Shown: positions 26,741 to 38,076 of the stretch, piece by piece
Numbering within the stretch: position 1 is the stretch's first letter
Layout of the letters: each line of letters begins with the position of its first letter
Source of the DNA: Sphyrna mokarran
Lineage: Eukaryota
Length of the DNA stretch: 64,000 nucleotides
Assembly: GCA_024679065.1 (NCBI GenBank)
Contig: JAGIQG010000020.1
Span: 8,680,001-8,744,000 of the forward strand
Direction of reading: 5' to 3'
Notes under the pieces: generated by a model
What the model was told of the DNA's origin: nothing
Database searches by the model: none
Seen by the model: only the letters and a program-made list of their open reading frames with translations
Translations under genes and position numbers: made by a program

Positions 26741-29708
26741 CATCAAGATAGATATATGATATACAGTAAAACTTCTAAAGAAATGCAGTAGCTCTGTATG
26801 GAATCATATTATCATTTAAGTCTGCAAAAGCCCCTCAAAAGTAACACAAAACATTACTTCATGGCTGATTTTACACACATAGTTAACAAAAATGTACTGA
26901 ATACAAACTGGATCAAGGATTTTCTCTATGGAATATTTTGAGAGCTATCTATTTGAGAAACCTGTCTCAATTTTTGAAAGCCTTCTTTCATCAAACCTGT
27001 TTCTTGCAATTTAGCCAGAGGAAATGGACCCCATTTAATCTAAAATGTTAATAATGCAATAGGAAATATTGCAATAGACAACAAAAGAGCAGATTTGACA
27101 AGACGAATGATGGATTGGAGATAGGGGATCAAATGCACTAATGTTAGCTGAAATATCATCAGAAGTTTTATAGGTCACAATCTAAGTGTTGGAGCCATTT
27201 TGGTCATTAAAATATTTGACCACCCATGTAATGGTGATTTCTTAATGTTAGTTCTCAAGTGAAGGCAAATTCCATGGTCGACTAGACCATGCTCATATTT
27301 TACTCTTTTGAATATCTTAATGTAACCATAGAACCATTGAAAGTCATAATGTAGAGGGGGCCATTAACCTTAATGGGCAGGAATTTACAGCCTTGCTTAT
27401 CTGAAAACCATGAAGGTCCCATTGTCCATCCCTCACCCATTCTGATTCCTGTAGCTGGTAAGGGTGTAAAATTCCAATCAATGTGTCTGTGCTGGAAAGA
27501 AAGTGTAAAATGAAGCTAGCCATTCATTTTTATTTCCTTTTCCAGCACCTACTCTGTTGACTTGCAGTTTACAGCACTTCAGATGCAGGTCCATGGAACT
27601 TTTAAATATGGTGAGCATTTCAGCCTCAACCATCAATTAGGCAGTGAATTCCAGACACCCATCATTCTCTGGGTGAAAACCTTTCTCCTCATGTCCATCT
27701 TAACCTTTATACCAGTCACTTTAAATTCATGTTCGCAGTGATTGACCCTTCAAATAAGTGGAAACAAATCTTTCTTGTTTACCTTATTTAGGGGCCCCAA
27801 AATTTTGTACACTAAGGAGAAGCAACACTGAGCAGATACGAAATGGAAATTCCAGTCTGATTGCCAACGCTTTCAGCCGGACACTGTCCGATCAACCAAA
27901 AGCTAATATATCCTGCAAGCTGGTCCTAACTCCTGAAGTGTAAGGAGATCATCACAAACCAAGTGTACTGTCATGATTCACTCTGTCCATGCGTAACAAA
28001 ACTCTCTCTGGATCAGATGTATTAAATGTTCCTCAATAGGTGTTAAGTCCTTGCATGCCCCCATTGGTTAAACAATAATAAAATGAAACAAGCTGTTACA
28101 GAAGTAAAATACAGTTGGTGCTGGAAATCTGAAATAAAATCAGAAAATGTAAAAAATACTGAGCATTTGTTTCTGGGTTAAGCAGGTAGTCCTTCCATGT
28201 GAGGTTGAGTAAATTGGAACTATATGTGCTGAGGTTTAGAAGACTGAGAGGTAATCTCATTGAAAGATAGAAGGTTCTCAAGGTGTTTGAGATGGTAAAA
28301 AGTTATTAACTTGGTTGGGAAATATAGAACACGAGGATGTAATTATAGGGTAAAGGTACAATCATTTCCGATTGCAATGAAGCAAAATTCCTCCAATCAC
28401 AGAGTTGTGAATCTTTAGAATTCTATAACCTACTGGGCTTTGGACATCCCATTTTCAAATATCTTTAAGGCCGGGATATACAAATGTTTGATCACTCAGG
28501 AAATTGAGAGATATGGAAATTAGCTGGCAAAATTGAGTAGAGTCAGAAGATCAGGAATTTCAAAAAGAATGATGGATCAGTCTCCAAGGGCAATACAGTA
28601 TATCCCTAGTTTCTTTCACAGCATTCTACCATTTACCATTGTCTGATTTCACCTTCCTGTAATTTTTATTCCTTACTCAACTGCTAAAGTACTGGTCAAA
28701 TTCCATTTTTTTTCATACTATTCATGGGCACCCTTGGCAAGGTTGCCACTTATTGCCCATTCCTAATTGCTCTGGAGAAAGTACTGATGAGCTGTTTTCT
28801 TAAACTCTTGGTGTTTATGTGGTGTAGGCACATAGAGTGTTGGAAGAGAATTTTTATTTGACTTCTCTGAAGTGGTGTCATGCAACTGGCTTGATTTCAG
28901 AAGGCTCTGGGTCTGGATTTACATGTTATGTAGTGTGAGGACATCAAATATCCTCCCAGGATATGGTTGAAGATTATTAGTGAACTAGAGTGGATTTGAC
29001 ACTGACCACAACAATTATGGCTAGCAGAGCAAATCAGAGACCCCTGCAGTGAGTAACATATCTCCTGACTCTTCAAAACTTGTCCACCATCTACAAGGTG
29101 CAAGTCAGCACTTGAAGGAATTACCCCAAAAGGACTCAGGAAGCTCAATATGATCCAGGGAAAATCAGCACACTTGTTTGGCAACCCATTCACCACTAAA
29201 AACATTTACTCCTGCCACCACTGGTGCAGTGGGAGCAGCAGCTGCCAGTTGTGAGATGCAGTGCTGCAACTCACTAAAGTAGATATTAGCTTCCAAAGCC
29301 ATGACTTTTATACCACTTAGAAGGATAAAGGCAGCAGATGCATGGGAACACCATAATGTGCAAGTTAACTTCCAAACCACACACCTTGGAACTACACTGT
29401 TCCTTCACAGTCAAAATCCTGGATATCCTCCTGGACAATATGAAGGGATCAGCATCACATGCACTGGAGCTGGTAATGACGACCTCACCAAAACCTTCTC
29501 AAAGGCAATTAAGGATGGGCAATAAATGCTGTCCAGCTAATGCTATTCACATCCTGCAAAATAATGAAAAAAATATAATGACAGAAGGAGATATGGTTCT
29601 GTCAGCTGGCTTGGTGTATCTGCTCAGGAAAACCTTGGGTCAGACCATTCCAAAGTTTGAATGGGACACATAATTGGAAAATGTGCACTGTTTGAAAATA
29701 ATTGTCAT

Positions 29709-29968
29709 GATGTGGAGTTGCCGGCGTTGATCTGGGTAAAATACAGTAAGAAATCTCACTACACCAAATTAAAGTCCAACCAGTTTATTCGATAGTAAAC
29801 CCACAAGCTTTTGGGGTTTGCCCCTTCATCAGGTGACAAAATCTATAAATTTTAACTAAGCAAACTATTATGGCCTCACCTGAGGAAGGGGCAAACCCCG
29901 AAAGATTGTGGGTTTACTATCAAATAAACTGATTGGACTTTAACCTTGTGTTGTGAGACTTCTTACTG
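29709..29968. mobile_element. Penelope-like pLTR inverted pair with two minimal hammerhead motifs
   Basis: Arms 29744-29836 and 29876-29968 are reverse complements; CAC-CTGAGGA-A-GGGG caaa CCCC-GAAA-GA-TT-GTG at 29877-29910. Confidence 0.7.
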
Positions 29969-30279
29969 AAGGTGACTAACAGGCAGGAAACCTGTGTATT
30001 CAAGTGACAGTGGCAGGTTGATCTCCAAGAGACATTTTTGTTTTGAAAATTTGTATCCCAGATTTATTAATTATATCTAAACCCTCCCAGCTACCGCAGT
30101 GAGATTTGAGCTCAGGTCATCTGAACATTCAAACAGGTTTTAGGATTACCAGTCTAGTGACATTGCCACTGTGTTGGAAGGAGAGACACTACAAATCTAG
30201 CATTAGGGTAACAACAGAGACAATTGCTGTCATTTTTTTTTGCAAAAGGTCTGAAACTTACTTGCCAATGCTGCCTTGT

Positions 30280-30630
30280 CGAGCTGAGATAAGAGGCAAT
30301 TCCAAGAGGGAGTCAGAGATAACCCGGAAAAAATGACGCCAACTCATCAACAGTGGCCGGATATGCTATGCATCCGACCAAACCGATAAGCCTGTTTTTA
30401 GAAAGGGAGTGACGGCCCGAAGGAGCTTCACATCGATTCCTGCAAGCCACTGTGTCAACACCATGATTAAAGCGACCAGGGGGAAAAAAAGGGAAAAAAA
30501 GACGTCCAATTCAGTAAGAAAGGAATACTAAAGGAGGTAAATGTCTCATAAATAAAAAAGAGAGAATGCTCAGTACTCCAGGCGGCATCTGTGGAGAGAA
30601 CAGCTAGCTTTCACTTCCGTGACGTTATAT
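30280..30630 (+). promoter_or_regulatory. Candidate GP1BB promoter and exon 1 (GATA + ETS cluster)
   Basis: AGATAA at 30287 and 30317, CCGGAA at 30324, CGATAA at 30384, ACTTCCG at ~30613; donor-like gtaaga at 30514 and gtaaat at 30537. Confidence 0.5.
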
Positions 30631-30996
30631 TATCAAGCCGAAATGGTAAATATGCTTCTTGAATGTTAGCTGACCGACTGATTGTACCGAACTCTTCTAT
30701 TCTTATTTGCGGATTTGATTTTGTTGTTATTAAAAGGATTCGCAGTTTTGGGTCAGAGAAGGAGTTAGAGTGATAAACGGCATTACAGTATAAAAGAATG
30801 CATTTTGGAAATTGCAAGCAATGATGAAGGCAACTTCAATGATTTACATTTTAAGTGAATTTGCCAGGTTGCATTTCCCCTTCATGTCCCAAGATGTGAA
30901 GGTCAGGTATATTAACCATGGTAAATGTGCGAGGTTATGGGATAAGATGGAGGGGGGGGGGGAGATGGCGATGTGGGAGGTGGGCGAGGTTAATGG

Positions 30997-31204
30997 CAAA
31001 ATACTGCGGATGCTGGAATCCAAAACAAAACAGAAAATGCTGGAAAATACTCATCAGGTCTGACAGCATCTGTGGAGAGAGAACAGAGCTAATGCTGGGA
31101 CTCTGGATGGCCCCACATCCAGACTCGAAGCGTTGGTTCTACCCTTTCTCCACAGATGTTGTCAGGCCCGCTAAGATTTTCCAGCATTTTTTTTTGTTTG
31201 GATT
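30997..31204. mobile_element. Second Penelope-like pLTR family, inverted pair inside a SINE (related pieces at ~11941-12710 and ~33308-33460)
   Basis: aaatactgcggatgctgg...cagcatctgtggagag mirrored by ctccacagatg...ttccagcatttt; the 12-kb copy carries an NIEFNSFR ORF end and a decayed CTGA..A...GAAA motif. Confidence 0.6.
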
Positions 31205-32034
31205 GACGTAAGATGTTCTTTCGGAGAGTCACTGCAGATTCGATGGGCCGAATGGTCTCCTTCCGTACTGAAGAGATTCTATGTTTCTAATGCTCTTTGG
31301 TGCTGACTCGCGTTGTTTGGAATTGTTATCGGGACTAATTAATCCATAAATTTTAACTAAACAAGTATTATGATCCGCTTCTGCACTGTAAGGATTATAT
31401 GCCTATAACTCAAACGGTTAATAACTACAGAATTCAATTCATTAACAAATTTTTCTTGTGACTCGTTGCTTCGCTCCAGTGTATTCTCTGTGTAAGTCTT
31501 AACACGATATAAGGCTGGGTCTGCTTGTGTAAGCCAACGGCTGGTCTGTGCTTAATCCTATCCCTTTACCAGCTGGGACAGAGATCCCTCTCTTCGTCAA
31601 ACGTCGTCACCTCAAATTGAAAGAAAAGTGAAGGAATTATTTGAATTAGATCAATTTAAGATACTTGTGTCCGAATGTTGGATGTGAACTTGATCTCCCC
31701 TTAATTCAACTAATAGGAATAGGGATTATAGTGAAGGCTGATACATATCTATTGGAAGAAACTAAAGGGAACTGAAGCATTAAACCTAATAAATACCATG
31801 GCATGTGATATTTAGTCCATTTAAATTAGGATATTTTATGGCAGGTTTGAATAAAACATCTTGGCTTGTTGTAACGATAAGGAAAACGTGGTTGGCAAGG
31901 CGGTATAAAAATGGAATAAAGTATTGGATGGAATGGGTTGTTCTTGATTATATCCTGTTTGTAATATTTCTTGTGAAATTAAAAGTTAGCAAAAAGCATA
32001 TTCAAAGGAATATAACCATAATTCTTCGAGCTTA

Positions 32035-32292
32035 CCCTATATAGCTTTAAATTGAGGAATGATAAATATGGGATAGATGTCAGAGGTATGTTCTTTACTC
32101 AGAGGGTAGTAAGGGCGTGGAATGCCCTGCCTGCAGCAGTTGTGGACTTTAATGGCATTCAAATAGTCATTGTATAGACATATGGATAATATTGGAATAG
32201 TTTAGGTTAGAGGGTCATTAGATTGGTTTCACTGGTCGGTGCAACACCGAGGACCCAAGGATCTGTACTGCGCTGTAATGTTCTATGTTCTA
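32035..32292 (+). mobile_element. CR1 3' end abutting the GP1BB acceptor
   Basis: FFTQRVVRAWNALP-coding segment, then ctgtactgcgctgtaatgttctatgttcta tail. Confidence 0.85.
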
Positions 32293-32316
32293 ACCCTGCG
32301 AATTTTATTCCAGATC

Positions 32317-32904
32317 ATGTCAGTGCTGAGACACAAAGGAGTTCTCCTTGTGTTTCTCTCCTTAGTCCAAGTGGCGTCTCTCCAATGCTCGCAAACATGC
32401 AACTGTTCCCGGACCTCTATGGACTGCAGCGACCGGGGTCTGGATGAGAGCACAGTGCCCAAGCACATTGAGGCCGCCGTTACCGAAATCAAACTGAACA
32501 ACAACAGACTACCTTCCATCCCCAACGGCCTCTTCGACAACCTCAAAAACCTGAGATCAGTTACATTGGAAAATAATCCATGGGTCTGCGACTGCAACAT
32601 ACTGTACCTGAGGTCTTGGCTTCTTAAACAGGAAGTTCGAACCCAGTACAAGAACCTTAGGTGCTCGTCGCCGGCGGAGCTCCAGGGGAGGCTGATCTTA
32701 TATCTAACGGAGAATGAAGTTGCCTCCAGTTGCAAGGATTGGTACTGTGACATGGCTGTGATGTGCCAGATCGGGCTCTTCATCTTCATTATCATTCAGG
32801 CCATTCTTCTGATATTTGTGGTAATATTTCTGAGAAAATTCGAAACCTTTTCGAAGGAGGCGCTCCGAGCCCCCAAAGAGGATCATTTTCGGAATGCGAT
32901 GTGA
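32317..32904 (+). CDS. GP1BB: Platelet glycoprotein Ib beta chain (195 aa; signal peptide, LRRNT, one LRR, LRRCT, TM helix, short tail)
   Basis: Acceptor ttccag at 32313, then ATC ATG; CSQTCNC..DC, NPWVCDC, and YKNLRCSSPAELQGRLILYLTENEV..C...YC aligning with GPIb-beta [25 protein letters not shown]; lies downstream of SEPT5 as in mammals. Confidence 0.92.
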   Translation: MSVLRHKGVLLVFLSLVQVASLQCSQTCNCSRTSMDCSDRGLDESTVPKHIEAAVTEIKLNNNRLPSIPNGLFDNLKNLRSVTLENNPWVCDCNILYLRSWLLKQEVRTQYKNLRCSSPAELQGRLILYLTENEVASSCKDWYCDMAVMCQIGLFIFIIIQAILLIFVVIFLRKFETFSKEALRAPKEDHFRNAM

Positions 32905-33199
32905 AGAGGATTTGTCCAAAATCCTCCAGAATCCAGCGGGGAAATGTATTTGTCAGGAGTTGACATTTTAGCAGCGCCGCAGATATTGACAGTGAGTGCT
33001 TTGCAAACATTCCGGGCTGACATTATCACATCTCCAGCAACCTCACCAAGCTCATTCAGGGAAACTCCGGGAAACTGTCTTATTCTGCTCTGCCTTTCGC
33101 ACAAACGATGAATCCGTGAGCAAGCCTTTGTACATTCTGTCTTGATGATGGTTTATTAACGGCGACACTATCTGAAGTTGTGATTTAATACAGTTAAGA

Positions 33200-33205
33200 A
33201 ATAAA
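33200..33205 (+). terminator. Candidate GP1BB polyadenylation signal AATAAA
   Basis: Canonical hexamer ~300 nt after the stop codon. Confidence 0.6.
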
Positions 33206-34141
33206 TATTTGAAACGAGGGACCCCATTTCATTAATTCGACGGTTTGAATGGGAAAGCTTAATAGTACAGATACCTTTAGCTACTGGCAACTACATCACG
33301 AGCGAATTATTGCGGATGCTGGACTCTGAAAGCAAAAGAGAAAATGCTGGAAAATCTCAGCAGGTCTGGCAGCCTCTGTAAGGAGAGAAAAAAGCTGACG
33401 ATTCGAATCCAGATGATCCTTTGTCACTTTTGACTCTTTACTCTCCTGACAGTTGCTACATCAAGATCATATGCCAGAGAGACGCCTGGCAAAATATGTA
33501 CCCAGAACGGCAGCAATGATAAAGGAGGATAAACAGTTCTAACGAAGGAGGGTTGTTTGTATGTTAAAGCTTTAGAGTGTTGTTTACAACATGGTTGTTA
33601 ATGGTAATATTCTGAAATGTACACTGTAATTTTGTATTCCGATTGCTTTCTGATATACAGTTTAAAGTCTGCCACTGTAGTACTGAATACATTTGTGTTT
33701 TTCCTAATGTAGATTCTGTTGAGGAATTACTAAAATTTTCGTAGCGACTATATCATTGGAATTATTACTGGGAAAGCAATTGTAACCCGAGGAAATTAAT
33801 TAAAATTTCCGTTTATCGTGACCTGCTTTGTGATGTTCCGAGGCGTTCCGAGTAAAGATTAATATGTAAAATAATCGAACGAGATTAAATTACATTACAT
33901 TTGGAAACGAGGATAGATCTTTATAGATACGGGTGGAGAAGGAAGCTTGTCTGAATCTCCCCTTCTGCAACAGATTAAAAAAAAACTTTATTCCAATTCA
34001 ATCCAATCAAATCAAATCCAATTCAGAGTCTCAGCAAGTTGGGACATTCCCGATCCAAGCTGACAAGACAGAGTTCTCACCTCCTGTCTTGGGTTTTATC
34101 AACAAGATCCAAGCTGCTGAACGCATGACTTCCATATTTCG

Positions 34142-34303
34142 ATGTAGAGATGCCGGCGTTGGACTGGGGTAAACTCAGTAAAGTTTTGCAACACCAATTT
34201 AAAATCCAACCAATTTATTTGATAGTAAATCCACGAGCTCGTGGATTTACTATCAAATAAATTGGTTGGATTTTAAATTGGTGTTGCAAAACTTTACTGA
34301 GTT
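34142..34303. mobile_element. Penelope-like pLTR fold-back insertion containing a 132-bp perfect palindrome
   Basis: 34172-34303 is its own reverse complement; flanked by TTCCATATTTCG direct repeats. Confidence 0.8.
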
Positions 34304-37300
34304 CCATATTTCGTACAGGGAAGTTTCGGTTGTCTTAGGTACTTTGTTTTGTACTCAGGGCATAACAGTGCGAGGATATCGCTTTCACAATATGTATTCA
34401 TTTTCACTTCACCTGATATTCGATTCAATTGGTTTTTTTTTAGTTTAACTAGCGTCACCGCACTTGGAAGTTAGTTCGAGGTCAGCTAAAATTGCGCCAC
34501 AGCGACACTTGTTGATGACTGAAGGAAAAGCTCTTTCAGTCGGGCTCCCAGCCACGGTGACTGGAAGCAAAATTGTTCACTGTCCTTCCTACAGCTACAG
34601 GAGGCGTGATTCCTCAGCGAAATGAATGAAAATAATATAGGGCGCAGGTACAAAGAGATAATCTTAGGTGGAGATGAAATAAATATAATGCAATCACATA
34701 CTGGGATTTAAAATAAACTCTCAAAATGATTTGAAATTGATATCAATTATGGTTGCTGTATGGAATGTGATGGGAGGTGGCGTGATATAGAGGCGGCTTC
34801 TAACCAAAGCATAAATGAGGCAATATAATTCTGAAGTATACCTGTAAAATCATTTTCTTTAATGTATAAAGTTTTGCTTATGCTGAATAAAGTTTAATCA
34901 CCACACTAATCCAATTGATGTCATTGTCGAATCACTTGAAACCAAAATGTAAAAGAAATGAACACAACGAAATTTCATGAGTGGGAATTGTACCCTTACT
35001 GGCACTCATATTTTCAGAAATATATAAGCTAAGAAAATGTCCACATCTTCTGACATGGAAAAGGGGGCAGTGACACATTCTTAATAAGACATTCAATATG
35101 AAGGAGATGATGGTATCAGAAAATAATGAATAAACAGAGAAATTTCATTGAACTGTCCTAGTCTGATATAGGCTATCACCCAACAATGTGGCAGGAGCTG
35201 AGGACGTGAAAGGAACTTATAAGTAATAAATTAGAAGTTGCGGTAAATATTGGAAACATTGCTGTCAAGAAGTAACACATGCATTCGACTCTAATCAATT
35301 CTGGTTAATCTCGATTATTTGCTTTTGTCTTCAGTTTTGAATGAAATTATTAATATTGAATTGACACCTACAGCCGAGGTCGCTCTGTTCGGTCCTTCGT
35401 CAGCTTTTGACTCTCCACCTCAGGGTATCCATGTTATGTAAACAGAAAACGGTTCTATCAGATTCTAAGTAGTCATTTTGGAAATACAACTGATACCCAA
35501 TTTCTCATGAAAACTCGATTCCAATAAATAACGATTGTTATTGTACATAACTGCTACGGTAAACATCATGTAAGTTATTATTGACTTCATTAAATTAAAT
35601 TACCATTCATGCCACATAAACACAGTGGCTACAATGGCAAATTAGAAGTGAGGAATACTGGCGAGTAACTCACCTCCTGATTCTCTAAAGCCTGTCCACC
35701 ATCTACAAGGCACAGTTCAGGAGTGTAATGGAATATCCCCTACTTGCTTGGATGAGTGCAGCTCCAACAACAATCAAGGAGCTTGACGCTATCTAGGACA
35801 AAGCTTGCTTATTGGCATTCATCCGCAAATACCCACTCCCCCCACCATTGACGCTCAGTAGCAGCAGCGTGTACTATTTACAAGATGTACTGCAGAAATT
35901 CACCAAAGATTCTGAGACAGTACCTTCCAAACCCATGACCACATCCAGCTAGAAGGGTAAGGGCAGCAGATACATGGGAAAACCACTCCCTGCAAGTTCC
36001 CCTCCAAGGCACTCACCATCCTGACTTCGAAATGTATCACCCTTTCTTCGCGGTCGCTTTGTTACAATTCTGGAATTCCCTTCCTAAAGGCATTGTAGTC
36101 AACCCACAACACATGGACTGCATTGTTTCAAGAAAGCAGCTCAACATCACCTTCTCAAAGGCAACTTAGGGATGGCCAATGGATGTTAGCCAGCCAGCGA
36201 CTCCAATGAATTAAAGATCATCTCAGGTTATTGTTAAGCAGATGAAGGAATAGTTTAGAGGTGTAGACAACATCTAAATACCGAAAACTTTCTGTTTCCA
36301 ACTCTTTCTCTGTCATCACCTCAGTATCTTGGATTGGGTCATGTAACTACATCTCTTTTTGCTCTACTTGATTCCTAGTATCTTAAAGTGCGTACTTGGC
36401 AAATTCAGGAGACATTTCTAGGTATAACTAACTACTGTTCTGTATATGGATCTAACAAAAGGCCTTTTCCCGAAATGCTGCTGGGTTCATGAGCTAATCC
36501 ACATGGATAATGACTATAATGCTGCGCCATGCTGTCAACTTATAACATCAACAATTTACCACTAAATGGGAATACCCGCTATTGCGGCTAAATGTTCTTG
36601 TCTATTTAGAATTCATCACCAACAAGGGAAGAAGCCGTTGGGACATAGAAATTGTTCTCAACAAACAAGGGGGACACAAAAGGGTCAGGCAAACATAAAA
36701 AGAAATGTTCGCCCGAATAGAACATAGAAACCCTACAGTGCACAAAGAGGCCATTCAGCCCATGAGTCTGCACCGACAACAATCCCACTTATGACCCTAT
36801 CCCCACATTTTTACCGGCTAATCCCTCTAAGCTAGGCATCTCGGGGTTCTAAGGGGCAATTTAGCTTGGCCAATCCACTTAACCCGCACATCTTTGGACT
36901 GTGGGAGGAAACGGGAGCACCCGAAGGAAACCCACGCAGACACGGGCAGAATGTGCAAACTCTGCACAGGCAGTGACCTGAGCTGGGAATTGAACGCAGG
37001 TCCCTGGACCCGTGAAGCAACAGTGCTACCGTGCTACCCACAACGTAGTAAGTAAAAGTGATCAGATCGAGGCCAGGTTATCAAAAGTGTTAATAGTAAT
37101 TAATATATTCAATAGGCCTAAGAAAAGAAATAACATCAAAATCAGATGGAGAATTTCTTGTTCATGTTTGATCTGATTCCATGAGCCTTGGAGTGATCAG
37201 TGATCCTAACAGCCACAATGGCTGATGCCAGTGTATAATTCCCACCATCTGACAAGTATAAAACCTTTCACTCTGCATCTGTCTCTTAGTGAATTTCATG

Positions 37301-37519
37301 TTCTATAATGTTCCTGTGCTTTAAGCTCACGGACTTCAATTTTCCCAAAAGCCGATGATGTGATAGTTTATTGAACGATTATAAAAAAGTCTGATCTACA
37401 ATCTCGATATATCTACCCTCAGACCGATCAGGGTAAATAGTTAGCATTGATGATAAAATGACATTGCATGAGATGTAATTCCCTAGTGAAATTAATCTGA
37501 CTAAATGGGACAGACTTTA

Positions 37520-37698
37520 AAAAGTCTCGCAGCATTAGGTTAAAGTCCAACAGGTTTATTTAGAATCACTAGCTTTCTGAGCGCTGCTCCTTCATCAGCT
37601 CAGCGCTCCTAAAGCTGGCGATTCCAAATGAACCTTAACCTATTATTTTGAAACTTCTTACGATGACCATCCCAGTCCAATGCCGGCACCTCCACCTC
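37520..37698. mobile_element. Penelope-like pLTR inverted pair with a hammerhead motif on the minus strand
   Basis: Minus 37598-37567: CTGATGA-A-GGAGC agc GCTCA-GAAA-GC-TA-GTG. Confidence 0.7.
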
Positions 37699-38076
37699 AG
37701 GGACAGAATTTGTGACTGGGACAAAAATGAATGCAAAACATCACGGTGGATTCCTGGACTAGTTTTATTGGAGATGAAAATTCACTGACATTCAGTCTAA
37801 GCTGCCGCATGTAAGGGCTTGATTTGATGTTAAGATCAAGGATTAAATGATTCGGATTGTATTGAAAAACCAGCTCTGACCATCTGGGAACTGGACACTC
37901 ATTATGGAAGCTGTCATCTTTTGGGCACGCACTTGTGGCTTAATAAAAAAATGTACACAGCATTTCATTTTAATTATTATCAGAAATACATGTGTTGATT
38001 TGTCAGATTTTTTTCCCCTATGCTTTTGACGTAAATGATTTGGACTTGGAAACCAGAAGTAGAAATCAACATCAAC

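Noticed and set aside
32239-32313. N-terminal 26 aa of the 221-aa ORF
   Set aside because: It is mostly CR1 tail and intron sequence upstream of the acceptor; the signal peptide follows the ATG at 32317
32317-32904. Alternative call as GP9 (GPIX)
   Set aside because: LRRCT residues, the juxtamembrane Cys pattern and the position after SEPT5 fit GP1BB better
34445-34560. Minus-strand acceptor followed by a 38-codon open frame (TVAGSPTERAFPSVINKCRC...)
   Set aside because: No recognisable homology and no partner exons
35368-35405. AEVALFGPSS-like stretch resembling the start of an Ig C exon
   Set aside because: Too short, and no downstream Cys/Trp framework
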